Sequence record: SRR20825006_2797
Length of the DNA: 52,954 nt
Direction: 5' to 3' (one strand)
Below the pieces are notes generated by a model, which was not told the DNA's origin, did not search any database, and worked only from the letters and a program-made list of their open reading frames with translations. The position numbers and the translations under genes were made by a program. Positions 29,657-39,662 of this stretch are shown here, in pieces. Each line of letters begins with the position of its first letter. The first letter of the stretch is position 1.

Positions 29657-32053
29657 TTGACCAAGACATTCAGTTTTGAACTTCCGTCCCAGGTTCCCGC
29701 AGAAGCGGAGACCGAAGGCAACAACATGCCGACAGATCTGAAGTCGCTGTTGGGGGCTGTGTACCGGCGCTTCTGGCTGATTGCGCTGAGCTTCCTCTCG
29801 GTCTTCACGCTGGTCGCGTACATGACGTTCAACCAGACGCCGCTCTATCAATCGAGTTCTGTGGTCCAGCTGGATACTGAGCAGCAAAACGTGATCGACC
29901 TGGGCAGTGTTCTCAGTGGTTTGGCGGTCAGCACGGCGGTGATCGACACCGAAGTCATGATCATGAAGTCAAAGTCACTTCTGACGAAGGTTGCCGTCAA
30001 ACAGAAGCTCATCGAGGATCCTGAGTTCAACTGGACACTGCGCGAGCGAAAGACCAGCGCACTGGGCAAGCTGAAGAACCAGGTCAAATCACTGGTCGGC
30101 ATGGATACGCGCGTGGTCGACCCGTTTGAAGGCATGAGTGTCGATGAGCGCGAGAGCGCCATTCTGGATAGCGTCGTCGGCACGTTGATGGGGCGTGTTG
30201 GTGTTTCGCGTATCGGCACCACCTATCTTATCAACGTTGAGGTCACGAGCACCTCGCCAGAAACATCTGCCCGTCTCGCCAATGCCATCGCAGATCAGTA
30301 TCGGGTTCAACAGCTTGAAACGAAGCTGGACGCCACACGGCGCGCTACCGAATGGTTGTCTGATCGTGTGTTTGCCCTTCGTGAGGAAGTTGAGGAAAAG
30401 GAAAACCGCGTTGCCAAATTCATTGCCGACAACGACATGGAAACGGCGATGGGTAACACGCTCACCGAGCAGAACATTGCCTATCTGACCACGCAGAAAA
30501 CACAGGCTGAAGTCGAGCTGAACCGTGTCCGGTCACGCTTTGACAGTATGCGCCGGCAGATCAATAGCGGCGCTGGCGTGGATGGGATTTCCGAAGTTCT
30601 GGAATCTCCTCTTATCACGAGCTTGAAACAACAGCTCTCTACTGTCCGCGGCCGGGTGGGTGACCTCGAAACCCGTCTCGGGCCGCAGCACCCTGAACTG
30701 ATTGGTGCGCGCGCTGAACAGGCGGATATCGAGCGTCAGATCCAGAACGAAATGACCCGGATCGCCACTAATCTCGAAAACGAAGTTCGTGTTCGTCAGG
30801 ACCAGGTTAGCCGGCTCCAGTCACAAATCAGCAACTCGAACTCCAAGCTCCGCGGCAACAGCCTCGCAATGGTGCGCCTGCGCGAGCTTGAGCGCGATGC
30901 TGAAACCAGCCGCGTATTGTATGAAGAGTTCATTGCGCGATCCAAGGAGACCCGGGAGCAGGATGGTCTTGTCCAGCCGGATGCCGTGATCCTGTCCAAT
31001 GCATCGGTGCCAAAGTTTCCAAGTTCACCTCGTACCACACTGAACCTCTTGATTGGTGCGATACTTGGCTGTTTGCTCGGTGGCGCTCTCGCCATCATGG
31101 CCGAAATGTTCGATATGAAGATTTCGTCTTCGGAAGACATTGAAAAGAAGCTTGCTCAGAATGCCCTCGGCACGGTGCCACTGATCCGCACCGGCAATGC
31201 CCTTGGCTTCGCTCAAACCAATCCTGCCGATTATCTCATAGAAAACCCGTTATCAGCGTTTGCCGAAAGTATTCGCTATCTGCGAGCAGCAATCGCTTTC
31301 TCGGACTTGGACAGCGAAACGAAGACCGTAGCGATCACTTCGTCCCTGCCGGATGAAGGCAAGACAAGCCTGACGCTCGCGCTCGGTCGTATGTCGGCCA
31401 TGTCGGGTGCACGGACACTGGTCATTGATGGCGATTTCCGCCGCCGCCAGTTGACTGACGCAGCTGGCTTGAAGCCTGAGATCGGTTTCATTGAGTATCT
31501 CTTCGGCGCAGGACAGCTTTCTGATGCGATCTCCAAGGACCCCAAGAGCATGCTGGATATTCTGCCGCTGTCTCTGACGGGCCATACGCCACATGACGTG
31601 TTCGGGACGCGCGCCTTTGACGATCTTCTGGTTCGCTTGCGCTCCATGTACGATCTCATCCTGATCGATACGGGGCCACTGCTGCTGATGGCTGAGGCGC
31701 GGGTTGTTGCAGGCAAGACGGACAAGGCCATTCTGGTTGTGCGCTGGCGTCACACGAACCGCTCAGCAGCGCGTCAGTCGTTGGCACTCTTGCGATCCTT
31801 CAAGGCCGACCTGCTGGGTGTTACGCTAAACATGGTGAACCTCAACCGCCGCCGCCACTACAGCGACCCGGGTGCAGGATATGATGCCTATCGTAAGTAC
31901 TATCAAATGGAGACGAAGCCTTCTCTGTTCAGCTTCATGCGCCGGGATCCGAACAAGCCCAAGAAGGGCGAAATTCGCCCTACAGCGATCCAGACCCCGC
32001 CGAGCCTCGCGGAGCACAGCACAGAGTCTCCTGAAAAAGTTGACGCAAACTAA
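29657..32053 (+). CDS. wzc: Polysaccharide co-polymerase / tyrosine autokinase (Wzc/ExoP-like)
   Basis: Two TM helices flank a coiled-coil periplasmic domain. Walker A SSLPDEGKT, A' LVIDGDFRR, B ILIDTGP, and Tyr cluster YDAYRKYY. Confidence 0.9.
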   Translation: MTKTFSFELPSQVPAEAETEGNNMPTDLKSLLGAVYRRFWLIALSFLSVFTLVAYMTFNQTPLYQSSSVVQLDTEQQNVIDLGSVLSGLAVSTAVIDTEVMIMKSKSLLTKVAVKQKLIEDPEFNWTLRERKTSALGKLKNQVKSLVGMDTRVVDPFEGMSVDERESAILDSVVGTLMGRVGVSRIGTTYLINVEVTSTSPETSARLANAIADQYRVQQLETKLDATRRATEWLSDRVFALREEVEEKENRVAKFIADNDMETAMGNTLTEQNIAYLTTQKTQAEVELNRVRSRFDSMRRQINSGAGVDGISEVLESPLITSLKQQLSTVRGRVGDLETRLGPQHPELIGARAEQADIERQIQNEMTRIATNLENEVRVRQDQVSRLQSQISNSNSKLRGNSLAMVRLRELERDAETSRVLYEEFIARSKETREQDGLVQPDAVILSNASVPKFPSSPRTTLNLLIGAILGCLLGGALAIMAEMFDMKISSSEDIEKKLAQNALGTVPLIRTGNALGFAQTNPADYLIENPLSAFAESIRYLRAAIAFSDLDSETKTVAITSSLPDEGKTSLTLALGRMSAMSGARTLVIDGDFRRRQLTDAAGLKPEIGFIEYLFGAGQLSDAISKDPKSMLDILPLSLTGHTPHDVFGTRAFDDLLVRLRSMYDLILIDTGPLLLMAEARVVAGKTDKAILVVRWRHTNRSAARQSLALLRSFKADLLGVTLNMVNLNRRRHYSDPGAGYDAYRKYYQMETKPSLFSFMRRDPNKPKKGEIRPTAIQTPPSLAEHSTESPEKVDAN

Positions 32054-32112
32054 GGTGTGAGACGGAGCGATCATGCGATGATCGCTTCGCTTACCCTGAA
32101 TTGGATCGAGCG

Positions 32113-33258
32113 ATGACGACAATTGCATTCTTCGGACATGATGCGGCAGATGCCGCTGTGCGCCGACGTGTGAAGTCGTTCGTCGGCGACGGAATGGATG
32201 TTGTTGGCTTCATGATGCGCCGCCGTGATGTCTCTCCGGAATGGAAAAATGTCGATCTTGGCAAGACGCGTGATGGCGCCTTCCTCCAGCGGATCAAGCA
32301 GGTGTTTGCTGGCGCGCGGAAGGCGGCTGAGCAACGTGAGTTATTAGCTGCAGCTGACGTCATATATGCGCGAAATCTCGACATGCTGGCGTGTGCGTTC
32401 CTGGCAAAGCGCCATACAGGACTGAAGACGCCCGTCATCTACGAGAGCCTCGATGTGCATCGCTTGCTGACGCGCTCCGATTTTGTGGGTCGGATATTTC
32501 GTGGCCTCGAACGCGCTCTGCTGAAGCGGACACGGGCGCTTGTTGTGAGTTCTCCCGGCTTCTTGCGGAACCATTTCGAACTTCACTACGGGGGCGACTT
32601 CACGGCCTATGTCGTAGAGAACCGTTTAAGTGCTGACAGTAACTTTGGCCCACGGCCGGATACTGCGCTCCCGGTGGAGATTCTGGAAGACCGAAAACTT
32701 GTACTCGGCTGGGTCGGCATGTTGCGGTGCCAGCGTTCGCTGGACCTGCTATGCGCTCTGGCTGACGCGTATCCCGATACATTGGAAATTAGGCTACATG
32801 GAATCCCGGCACGCACCGAAATTCCTGTGTTCGAACCCGAGATTGAGCGTCGACCAAACATGACCTTCTTTGGAAAGTTCCGGTCACCAGAGGATCTATC
32901 CAGCATTTATGCCTCGCTGGATGTGGTCTGGGCAGGGGACTTCATGGAGGCTGGGTACAATTCGGTCTGGCTGTTGCCGAACCGGATCTATGAGGGAGGC
33001 TATTACGCGACGCCCTCGATCGCGCCGGCCGGTACAGAGACAGCAGCCTGGATCGCACGGAATGACTGCGGGTTCGTGATTGAGGAGCCCCTTGAGCGCT
33101 CGCTGTCGAAACTGGTGGGACATTTGTTGACAGATCGCCGGGAGATTGCCGCTTACGCCATGCGTCTTGCAAGCTTGCCAGAAGACCTGTTCGTGCAGCC
33201 GGCTGGATTTATGCGCGACATGATCTCGACCAGTCTTGGCCAGGAGGCTGTCGCATGA
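32113..33258 (+). CDS. GT-B glycosyltransferase, ExoL-like
   Basis: FFGHDAADAAVRRRV, YARNLDML, YESLDVHR and NSVWLLPNRIYEG. Confidence 0.75.
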   Translation: MTTIAFFGHDAADAAVRRRVKSFVGDGMDVVGFMMRRRDVSPEWKNVDLGKTRDGAFLQRIKQVFAGARKAAEQRELLAAADVIYARNLDMLACAFLAKRHTGLKTPVIYESLDVHRLLTRSDFVGRIFRGLERALLKRTRALVVSSPGFLRNHFELHYGGDFTAYVVENRLSADSNFGPRPDTALPVEILEDRKLVLGWVGMLRCQRSLDLLCALADAYPDTLEIRLHGIPARTEIPVFEPEIERRPNMTFFGKFRSPEDLSSIYASLDVVWAGDFMEAGYNSVWLLPNRIYEGGYYATPSIAPAGTETAAWIARNDCGFVIEEPLERSLSKLVGHLLTDRREIAAYAMRLASLPEDLFVQPAGFMRDMISTSLGQEAVA

Positions 33259-34556
33259 ACATTGTAAGTCGTATTCCGACTGACCGCGATTCATCTCTTG
33301 TCATGGCCAAAGTCTATGAGGAGCCGCGGAAAATCCCATACTGGGAGCAGGCGCTTATCTCGGTTTGGTTCCTGAATTCATTCGTGCCACTGCCGCTTGA
33401 AACTCCACTACGCTATCTGATGGTTTTGTGGTTTCTGTGGCTTCTCGCCTTGCATAAGGAGCAGGTCATTCCGATCGTGCTCAAGGCGTGGCCTCTTTTC
33501 CTCCTGCCGATATTCGGTTTCATTTCGATTCTGTGGTCACCCTATATGGGGGCAGCCATCCGGAGCGGCGCACTTTACCTTCTAACCCCTCTGGTCGCTG
33601 TCATTATCATTACGCGATTTGATATCACCACTATCCTGCGATGCATGTTCTTCGCAGGTGTGATGGCGATCATTGTGTGTATTCCATTCTATGATTCAAT
33701 GCCCTCCGGCGGGCCGTATCCGCAAAAGAACTATTTCGCCCAGCAAATGTTGTTCGTCGCATTGCTCAGCTTCATGACATTGTTGAATGAAAAGTCATGG
33801 CCTTGGACACGGCTATTGGCCGCGCTCATTTTCCCAGTAGCTTTGATCTTTATGCTACGGGCGCCGTCGGCAACGGCACTCGTGTTTGCCGGTGTCGGGA
33901 TCATCGGCCTGTTTCTAGTCAAGTTCGCGTGGCAATCCATTAGCAAGGTGCGCCACTTGCGATCCATCATATTCATTGCTGGCGTCAGCGTGTTTTTGAT
34001 AGGCGCCATGATTGTGCTGAACCAGACTCACCAAGACTATGTGGCGGACTTCCTGGGCGCGCTAGGTAAGGATACGACTTTCACTGGGCGAACTCATATC
34101 TGGTCTGCTGGGCGCTTGGCAGCGGAAGAGCACCCAATTATCGGTTTGGGGCTTGAGGGATTTTGGAACCCGTCAAATGGCGCGGCACAATCGATCAATG
34201 AAATGGATTTCAAGCCATACGGGACAAAGCTGACCTTCCACAATGCGTATCTCGAAGTGCGCGTGCATCTCGGATACATCGGTCTCGGACTTTACCTGTT
34301 GATGTGGGCGTGGTGCGGTTATCGTCTGCTAATGCAGTTCTTCCGGGATTCGTCTTTGGAGATGTCTGCGCTGCTCGTCTTCGGCGCGATCGTATTCATT
34401 TCGACGTTTACGGAGTCTTTGGCGTGGGCGAGTTTCAACACCCCCCTTAACTTGCTGTATCTTGGCGCCTTGGCGACACTATCGCCGGTGCGTCGCACAT
34501 ACGTAGGGAAGGCGCCCGTGTACCTGAGTTCCAGTCCGGGCTACGCCAAGGCGTAG
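33255..34556 (+). CDS. Wzy polymerase / O-antigen ligase family (ExoQ-like)
   Basis: Multi-TM protein with KN, LGKDTTFTGRTHIW, PIIGLG...FW and FHNAYLE...LGYIGL. Confidence 0.85.
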   Translation: MNIVSRIPTDRDSSLVMAKVYEEPRKIPYWEQALISVWFLNSFVPLPLETPLRYLMVLWFLWLLALHKEQVIPIVLKAWPLFLLPIFGFISILWSPYMGAAIRSGALYLLTPLVAVIIITRFDITTILRCMFFAGVMAIIVCIPFYDSMPSGGPYPQKNYFAQQMLFVALLSFMTLLNEKSWPWTRLLAALIFPVALIFMLRAPSATALVFAGVGIIGLFLVKFAWQSISKVRHLRSIIFIAGVSVFLIGAMIVLNQTHQDYVADFLGALGKDTTFTGRTHIWSAGRLAAEEHPIIGLGLEGFWNPSNGAAQSINEMDFKPYGTKLTFHNAYLEVRVHLGYIGLGLYLLMWAWCGYRLLMQFFRDSSLEMSALLVFGAIVFISTFTESLAWASFNTPLNLLYLGALATLSPVRRTYVGKAPVYLSSSPGYAKA

Positions 34557-34586
34557 CGATCAGGTAACCACTTTTTAGGGGCTGTA

Positions 34587-34757
34587 TTACAACAGGGCGC
34601 CGATGGCGAAAATGATACCTGCCCACAGCGAAGCGCTAAGACCAACGATCAACGTGATGCGCAGCCAGACGGGCCATTTGCCGAAATTCTCGATATCGGT
34701 CTGGACGTCGCTCTGATAGTGGCGAATTGTGGTGGGCTCTGCAGCCAGATGCATCAT
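34587..34757 (-). CDS. Small membrane peptide (about 56 aa; HfiA-like architecture)
   Basis: AAGGA RBS 8 nt before ATG 34757 (alternative start at 34796). C-terminal KWPVWLRITLIVGLSASLWAGIIFAIGALL. Confidence 0.6.
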   Translation of the reverse strand: MMHLAAEPTTIRHYQSDVQTDIENFGKWPVWLRITLIVGLSASLWAGIIFAIGALL

Positions 34758-34819
34758 GGATGTATTCCTTGCCAGAGACGAATTCGCATTGCGCATACTT
34801 CTTTTTTGGCGACCAACTA

Positions 34820-34834
34820 TTAAAGGTGACTTAA
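34820..34834. promoter_or_regulatory. CtrA-binding box
   Basis: TTAA-AGGTGAC-TTAA is an exact TTAA-N7-TTAA. A half-site TTAACCAT also lies at 34984-34991. Confidence 0.65.
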
Positions 34835-35156
34835 ACCGACACGTGATTTCACCCATAATCATTGACTCAGTCTCGACGTCGAATCCGGCATCAATGTGGT
34901 TGGTTTGGGACGGTATCCCGCCGTTACTGGGGATTTGAGCAGGCTGACGAAACACCAACAGGCTGCAATGGGCGACCGGTATATTAACCATCTGCGCAGA
35001 TAGCTGAATTCTCTAGGAATTTTCTATCGTTTGTTGAGCATTGCAGGACAGTAATCTTACCGCTCGCCGGTACTGCAATTGGTAAAATCTGCCCTTTCAG
35101 GCACCATCCTTGCAAGGTTAAAAGCCGAATCCAGCTTTTGAGTGCGTTCAGCTTCC

Positions 35157-36689
35157 ATGGGAACAGCAGCCATTTCTTCCGACGAAATTCCCTCGAGCCC
35201 ATCGCAAGGCCTGATGAGGTCTGCTGGCAAAGCCGCCATCTGGGTAGCTTTCAGTAAGTGGTTGGGCTTGCTGAGCGGTCTGGTGTCGCTTGTTGTGGTC
35301 GCTCGGTTGCTCACGCCAGAGGATTTTGGCGTCTACGGGTTTCTTTTGATTGTACTTGTCATCCCGGAAGTCTTTTCGAGCGACAGTCTCAACGAGGTTC
35401 TCATTCAGAGGACCGATTTGAAAACAGAACATTCCAACTCAGTCTTTCTGTCCTCGCTGTGCTTCGCAGCCCTGTTTTTTGGACTGATCCAACTCAGTGC
35501 TCCCTACATTGCGGTGCTCTTTGATGTGCCGCCCTTGGTCGACTACCTGCGGGTCATGTCGTTGGTTCTGTTCATGGGCGCGCTGAGTGCGGTTCCAGCT
35601 GCCTTGCTACAGCGACATATGCAGTTTCGCGAAATTACCATTGTGGATGTCGAGGGTTACATCGTTGGCGCAATTGTCGGCGTAAGTTGCGCGATCCTGT
35701 TTCAGAATGCCTGGGCGCTGGTCGCGATGGAAATGTCCCGTCGTTTCGCGAGGATGCTGGCTTTCCTGTATTTTGCCAAATGGTGGCCGTCTTTTCGGAC
35801 AAATCTGATTGAGTTCAAGTCCTTGCTCCGATTCAAGATGGCATCAATCGGATTGAGGCTGGTAGCAGCAGGGGATTTGGGTCTGCCGCGATTGTTTGTA
35901 GGTTTGTTTCTCGGGCCGGCGGCGCTCGGTATGTTCAATCTTGCCATGCGGATACAGAATCAGGCGATGCAGGCGCTCGTGTCGCCGTTTGGTGCAGTTG
36001 CATTCCCGGTAGCGTCTAAAACTCAGAACGATCTTCCGACGCTCTACAAGACGATGTCTACCGCGATCTGGCTCGCCGGATTTATTGCGTATCCGGCATT
36101 CATCGGTGCTGCCGCTGCCGCTCCGGTCATTGTGCCGGTCGTGTTTGGTGACCAGTGGAATGATGCGATCATCGCGATTCAGATTTCCATGTTGATGGGT
36201 ATTCGCCTTCCGTCTTCCGCGTTCAATGGCGGGGTGCTTCGCGGTGTCGGACGACCGGGCCTTTTGCTGAAGGTCAGTGTTTTCGCGCTGCTGGTTCTTC
36301 TGGTGATGCTGCCTTTCGCATCGCGGGTGAGTTTGGAGGCCGTAATGATCGCCTTGGCTTTCCAGAAATTCCTCGGTTGGTTCCTCAGCAGTTGGGCCGT
36401 TTACCGTGCTGTGAAATTCCCTATCACCCGTCAAATTCTTGCGGGGTCGTCGGTTTTAATTGCCGCACTCGTAATGGGCGGCGGGATATGGTGGGCCGCT
36501 GGCCACCTTCCTGATGACTGGTCCGACCTCACCAGGGTTGCGGCGATCATCGGGCTCGGAATAGCGCTCTACGTCGCAGGCCTTTTGATTGCGGCCCCCG
36601 CAATGGCGAAGCGCGGCATGTCGTCTATGGTAATGCTGCTGAAAGGGGACCGGAAGATGGCGATCGCGAATCTCCGGAAAGTGTCATGA
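35157..36689 (+). CDS. Wzx flippase 1 (WzxC/ExoT-like)
   Basis: VARLLTPEDFG, ALLQRHMQFR, LGPAALGMFN, with many TM helices. Confidence 0.88.
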   Translation: MGTAAISSDEIPSSPSQGLMRSAGKAAIWVAFSKWLGLLSGLVSLVVVARLLTPEDFGVYGFLLIVLVIPEVFSSDSLNEVLIQRTDLKTEHSNSVFLSSLCFAALFFGLIQLSAPYIAVLFDVPPLVDYLRVMSLVLFMGALSAVPAALLQRHMQFREITIVDVEGYIVGAIVGVSCAILFQNAWALVAMEMSRRFARMLAFLYFAKWWPSFRTNLIEFKSLLRFKMASIGLRLVAAGDLGLPRLFVGLFLGPAALGMFNLAMRIQNQAMQALVSPFGAVAFPVASKTQNDLPTLYKTMSTAIWLAGFIAYPAFIGAAAAAPVIVPVVFGDQWNDAIIAIQISMLMGIRLPSSAFNGGVLRGVGRPGLLLKVSVFALLVLLVMLPFASRVSLEAVMIALAFQKFLGWFLSSWAVYRAVKFPITRQILAGSSVLIAALVMGGGIWWAAGHLPDDWSDLTRVAAIIGLGIALYVAGLLIAAPAMAKRGMSSMVMLLKGDRKMAIANLRKVS

Positions 36690-36728
36690 AAATCTATTCG
36701 GACACTGAATATTTTCAAGGGTGTAGAT

Positions 36729-37715
36729 ATGGAGGCAAGACCAATGCTTGATGAAAACAAGATTGCGATTGTTATTCCCCTCTACAATGACGCTCCCAAT
36801 ATTGAACGTGCCATTCGTAGCGCCGTCGAACAGAAGGTTCCGGACACTGTTGCGGTTGAGGTGATCGTCGTGGACGATTGTTCTTCAGACGAGGGACCAG
36901 AGATCGCCAAGCGAATGGCGCGGACAATTCCGAACCTTACATTTGTCCAACAGTCTCAGAATTCCGGGCCGTCGGCCGCTCGAAATTGCGCGATACGGCA
37001 AACAAATGCGGCCTGGTTCACGCCGCTTGATAGTGATGATTTCATGTTGCCGACGCGCATTGCCGGCCTGCTGGACGAAGCGCGCGCGAGAGATCTCGAC
37101 TGGGTGGCAGACAATCTCCTGATGAGTTCCGAGGACACTCCGGAAGAGGTCGAGCGTGTCTTGTGGCCCGATAAGCCGGAAGGGGCCGTCCGGTTGACGA
37201 CTGAGTTGTTCGTCAAACAATCCTACGATGTAGACATTGAGCGGTCGGAACTCGGCTTCATCAAGCCCCTGATCAATCGGCGCTGTCTTGGCGACGCCTC
37301 GCGACCTTACAGAGACCAGTTGAGGTTCGGCGAAGACTTTGAATTGTATACGCGGTTACTGATGTCAGGTGCCAAGGCGGATCTTGTCGATCCCGAGGGC
37401 TATTACCTTGTTCGCCGGAGAGGATCAGCTTCCCATTCCCAGTCGGGCAGGGATCATCAGCGCTTGGTTGAAATCAGTCGGGAAATGCTGAATTATCCGA
37501 GCCTGACGCGTACGGACCGGCGCGCGCTTCTGGGTCACTTGAGATACTCGGAAAGAGAGCTGGCCTGGTGGACAATGATCGAGGCTGTTCGCGAAAGAAA
37601 TCCAGCCAAAGCCATCAGAGCTCTGGTGATTTCACCATTGGCAACGCTTCACGTCATCGGGAATCTTGCAAGACAGGCCGGCGCGCGCGTGAGTTCACGA
37701 ACTCCGACAGCGTAA
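36729..37715 (+). CDS. GT2 glycosyltransferase (ExoO/ExoU-like)
   Basis: IVIPLYN, VVDDCSSD, NSGPSAARN, LDSDD, LGFIKP and LRFGEDFELY. Confidence 0.88.
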   Translation: MEARPMLDENKIAIVIPLYNDAPNIERAIRSAVEQKVPDTVAVEVIVVDDCSSDEGPEIAKRMARTIPNLTFVQQSQNSGPSAARNCAIRQTNAAWFTPLDSDDFMLPTRIAGLLDEARARDLDWVADNLLMSSEDTPEEVERVLWPDKPEGAVRLTTELFVKQSYDVDIERSELGFIKPLINRRCLGDASRPYRDQLRFGEDFELYTRLLMSGAKADLVDPEGYYLVRRRGSASHSQSGRDHQRLVEISREMLNYPSLTRTDRRALLGHLRYSERELAWWTMIEAVRERNPAKAIRALVISPLATLHVIGNLARQAGARVSSRTPTA

Positions 37716-37913
37716 AAATTAAGTAACATCTCCGAGAAGTCGTTGTTTTCAAAGGCTTGGTAAATAGAGATTCAACCAAATTCCATGTATGGTGAATAGT
37801 GCCTGGAAACTCGCGCATTCGTGCGAACCGGTGGGCACAAGATCAGCGAGACGGTGCATGTCTGCTTGATAGAGCGCTGACGTGACGACGTCTCGCACGG
37901 AAGAGGTGGATGC

Positions 37914-39662
37914 GTGTCCAATCAAAGACCGAACCAGTTGGGTCATGAAGAAACCCTGATCGAGACGGCGCGGAAATCCCGCAGGGCTATTCTCGCAGTC
38001 GGGGGCTTCAGTGTTGCCCTTAATGTGTTGATGCTGGCAGGTCCGCTTTACATGCTGCAGGTTTACGACCGGGTGCTGGTCAGTGGTTCCCTGCAAACGC
38101 TGATCGCGCTTACAGCTTTAATCGCCGTATTGTTCATTGGATACGCGCTTATTGATGCGATCCGGTCGTCGATGCTGGTTCATGTGGCTGCCCGGATTGA
38201 GCGTGAAATGGCCCCTTTGGTTTTCGATGCCATTCATCGTCGGTCACTCCAGGATTCAGGTGCCAAGGACGGTCGGGCAATGAAAGACCTGGCGGAACTT
38301 CGGCAATTCATGGCTGGCCCGACGGTCAAGGCGGCTTTTGACCTGCCACTGGCGCCACTCTATTTTTTGATCCTCTTCCTCATGCACTGGACGCTCGGTG
38401 TACTGGCCCTGATTGGTTCAGCCGTGATTTTTGCGCTGGCTCTATATACTCAAAAGGCAAGCGAAGCCTCGTTGCTCACCTCTGGTGAAGTCAGTAATAC
38501 GGGCGCTGTCTTCGCCCAGAATGCGTGGCGCAGTTCTGAATCGGTTCACGCGCTGGGTATGCAAAAGACTGTCCGTGACAAATGGGTTGATGCCACCACC
38601 GAAGCGGATGCCACAGCTATTCGAGCATCTGACACAATCAATACCGCCGCCGCCGCCACACGTGCTTTCCGGATGTTTTTGCAATCCGCCTTGCTTGGTG
38701 CGGGCGCCGTGCTCGCCATTGCTGGTGTTGCAACGCCAGGTGTGATCATCGCAGGCTCTATCATCGGCGCGCGGGCCATTACTCCAATTGAGCAAATAGT
38801 TTCGCAATGGCGTTCGATTGTTCGTGCCAGGGCCGCGCGAAAACGGCTTGCGTCTTTAACGGGCGCTACCGAGCAGAAGGCAGCGCCGATGACCCTTCCG
38901 GCCATCACCGGAAAGCTGTTGGTAGAGAATGTATTCGCAGCCTTGCCAGGCCAGCAAAAACCTTTTCTTCAAGCAATCTCGTTCTCGGTTGAGCCGGGCG
39001 AGATTGTCGGTGTGATCGGAGCGAGTGGCTCGGGCAAGACGACCTTGGCCCGGGTGTTGACCGGAGTCTGGCCCTATGCGCTTGGCGCAGTGCGACTTGA
39101 TGGTGCCGAGATCAAGGAGTACCAGCCGGACCAGTTGGGACAACAGCTTGGCTACTTGCCGCAGGCGGTCGAACTTTTACCCGGTACCATCAGTGAGAAT
39201 ATTGCCCGCCTTCGTCCAAACGCCGACCCAGAAAAAATCGTGGCTGCGGCCAAACGTGCGAACGCCCACGACATGATCCAGTCTTTTGCAGATGGCTATA
39301 ACACTGAGTTGGGTATTGGTGGCGAACGTCTTTCGGCCGGTCAACGCCAACGTATTGGGTTGGCGCGCGCCTTGTTCTCTGATCCCAAGCTGGTGATCCT
39401 GGATGAGCCGAATGCCAATCTCGACCATGAGGGCGATGAGGCGCTGAATGACACACTCAAGCTGCTCAAGGATGAGAAGGTGGCTGTTGTGATCATCGGA
39501 CACCGCCCAACCACGCTGCGCCATGTCGACAAAATAGTGTTGATGCATGAGGGTAAAGTGCAGGCACTCGGACCGCGAGATGAAATTCTGTCGAAGGTTC
39601 TGAGAACTCAGAAGCGGTCTGCTACCGGCATCAAGCTGATAGAGAAGGGCAAGACGCAATGA
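37914..39662 (+). CDS. Type I secretion ABC permease/ATPase (PrtD/RsaD family)
   Basis: LYMLQVYDRVL, GASGSGKTTL, GYLPQ, LSAGQRQRIGLARA and LDEPNANLD. No C39 domain. Confidence 0.92.
   Translation: MSNQRPNQLGHEETLIETARKSRRAILAVGGFSVALNVLMLAGPLYMLQVYDRVLVSGSLQTLIALTALIAVLFIGYALIDAIRSSMLVHVAARIEREMAPLVFDAIHRRSLQDSGAKDGRAMKDLAELRQFMAGPTVKAAFDLPLAPLYFLILFLMHWTLGVLALIGSAVIFALALYTQKASEASLLTSGEVSNTGAVFAQNAWRSSESVHALGMQKTVRDKWVDATTEADATAIRASDTINTAAAATRAFRMFLQSALLGAGAVLAIAGVATPGVIIAGSIIGARAITPIEQIVSQWRSIVRARAARKRLASLTGATEQKAAPMTLPAITGKLLVENVFAALPGQQKPFLQAISFSVEPGEIVGVIGASGSGKTTLARVLTGVWPYALGAVRLDGAEIKEYQPDQLGQQLGYLPQAVELLPGTISENIARLRPNADPEKIVAAAKRANAHDMIQSFADGYNTELGIGGERLSAGQRQRIGLARALFSDPKLVILDEPNANLDHEGDEALNDTLKLLKDEKVAVVIIGHRPTTLRHVDKIVLMHEGKVQALGPRDEILSKVLRTQKRSATGIKLIEKGKTQ

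Noticed and set aside
28286-37715. Calling the locus the holdfast (hfs) cluster
   Set aside because: It has a fused Wzc rather than split HfsA/HfsB, and no HfsD or HfsH-type deacetylase is visible. The GTs look more like ExoL/ExoO.
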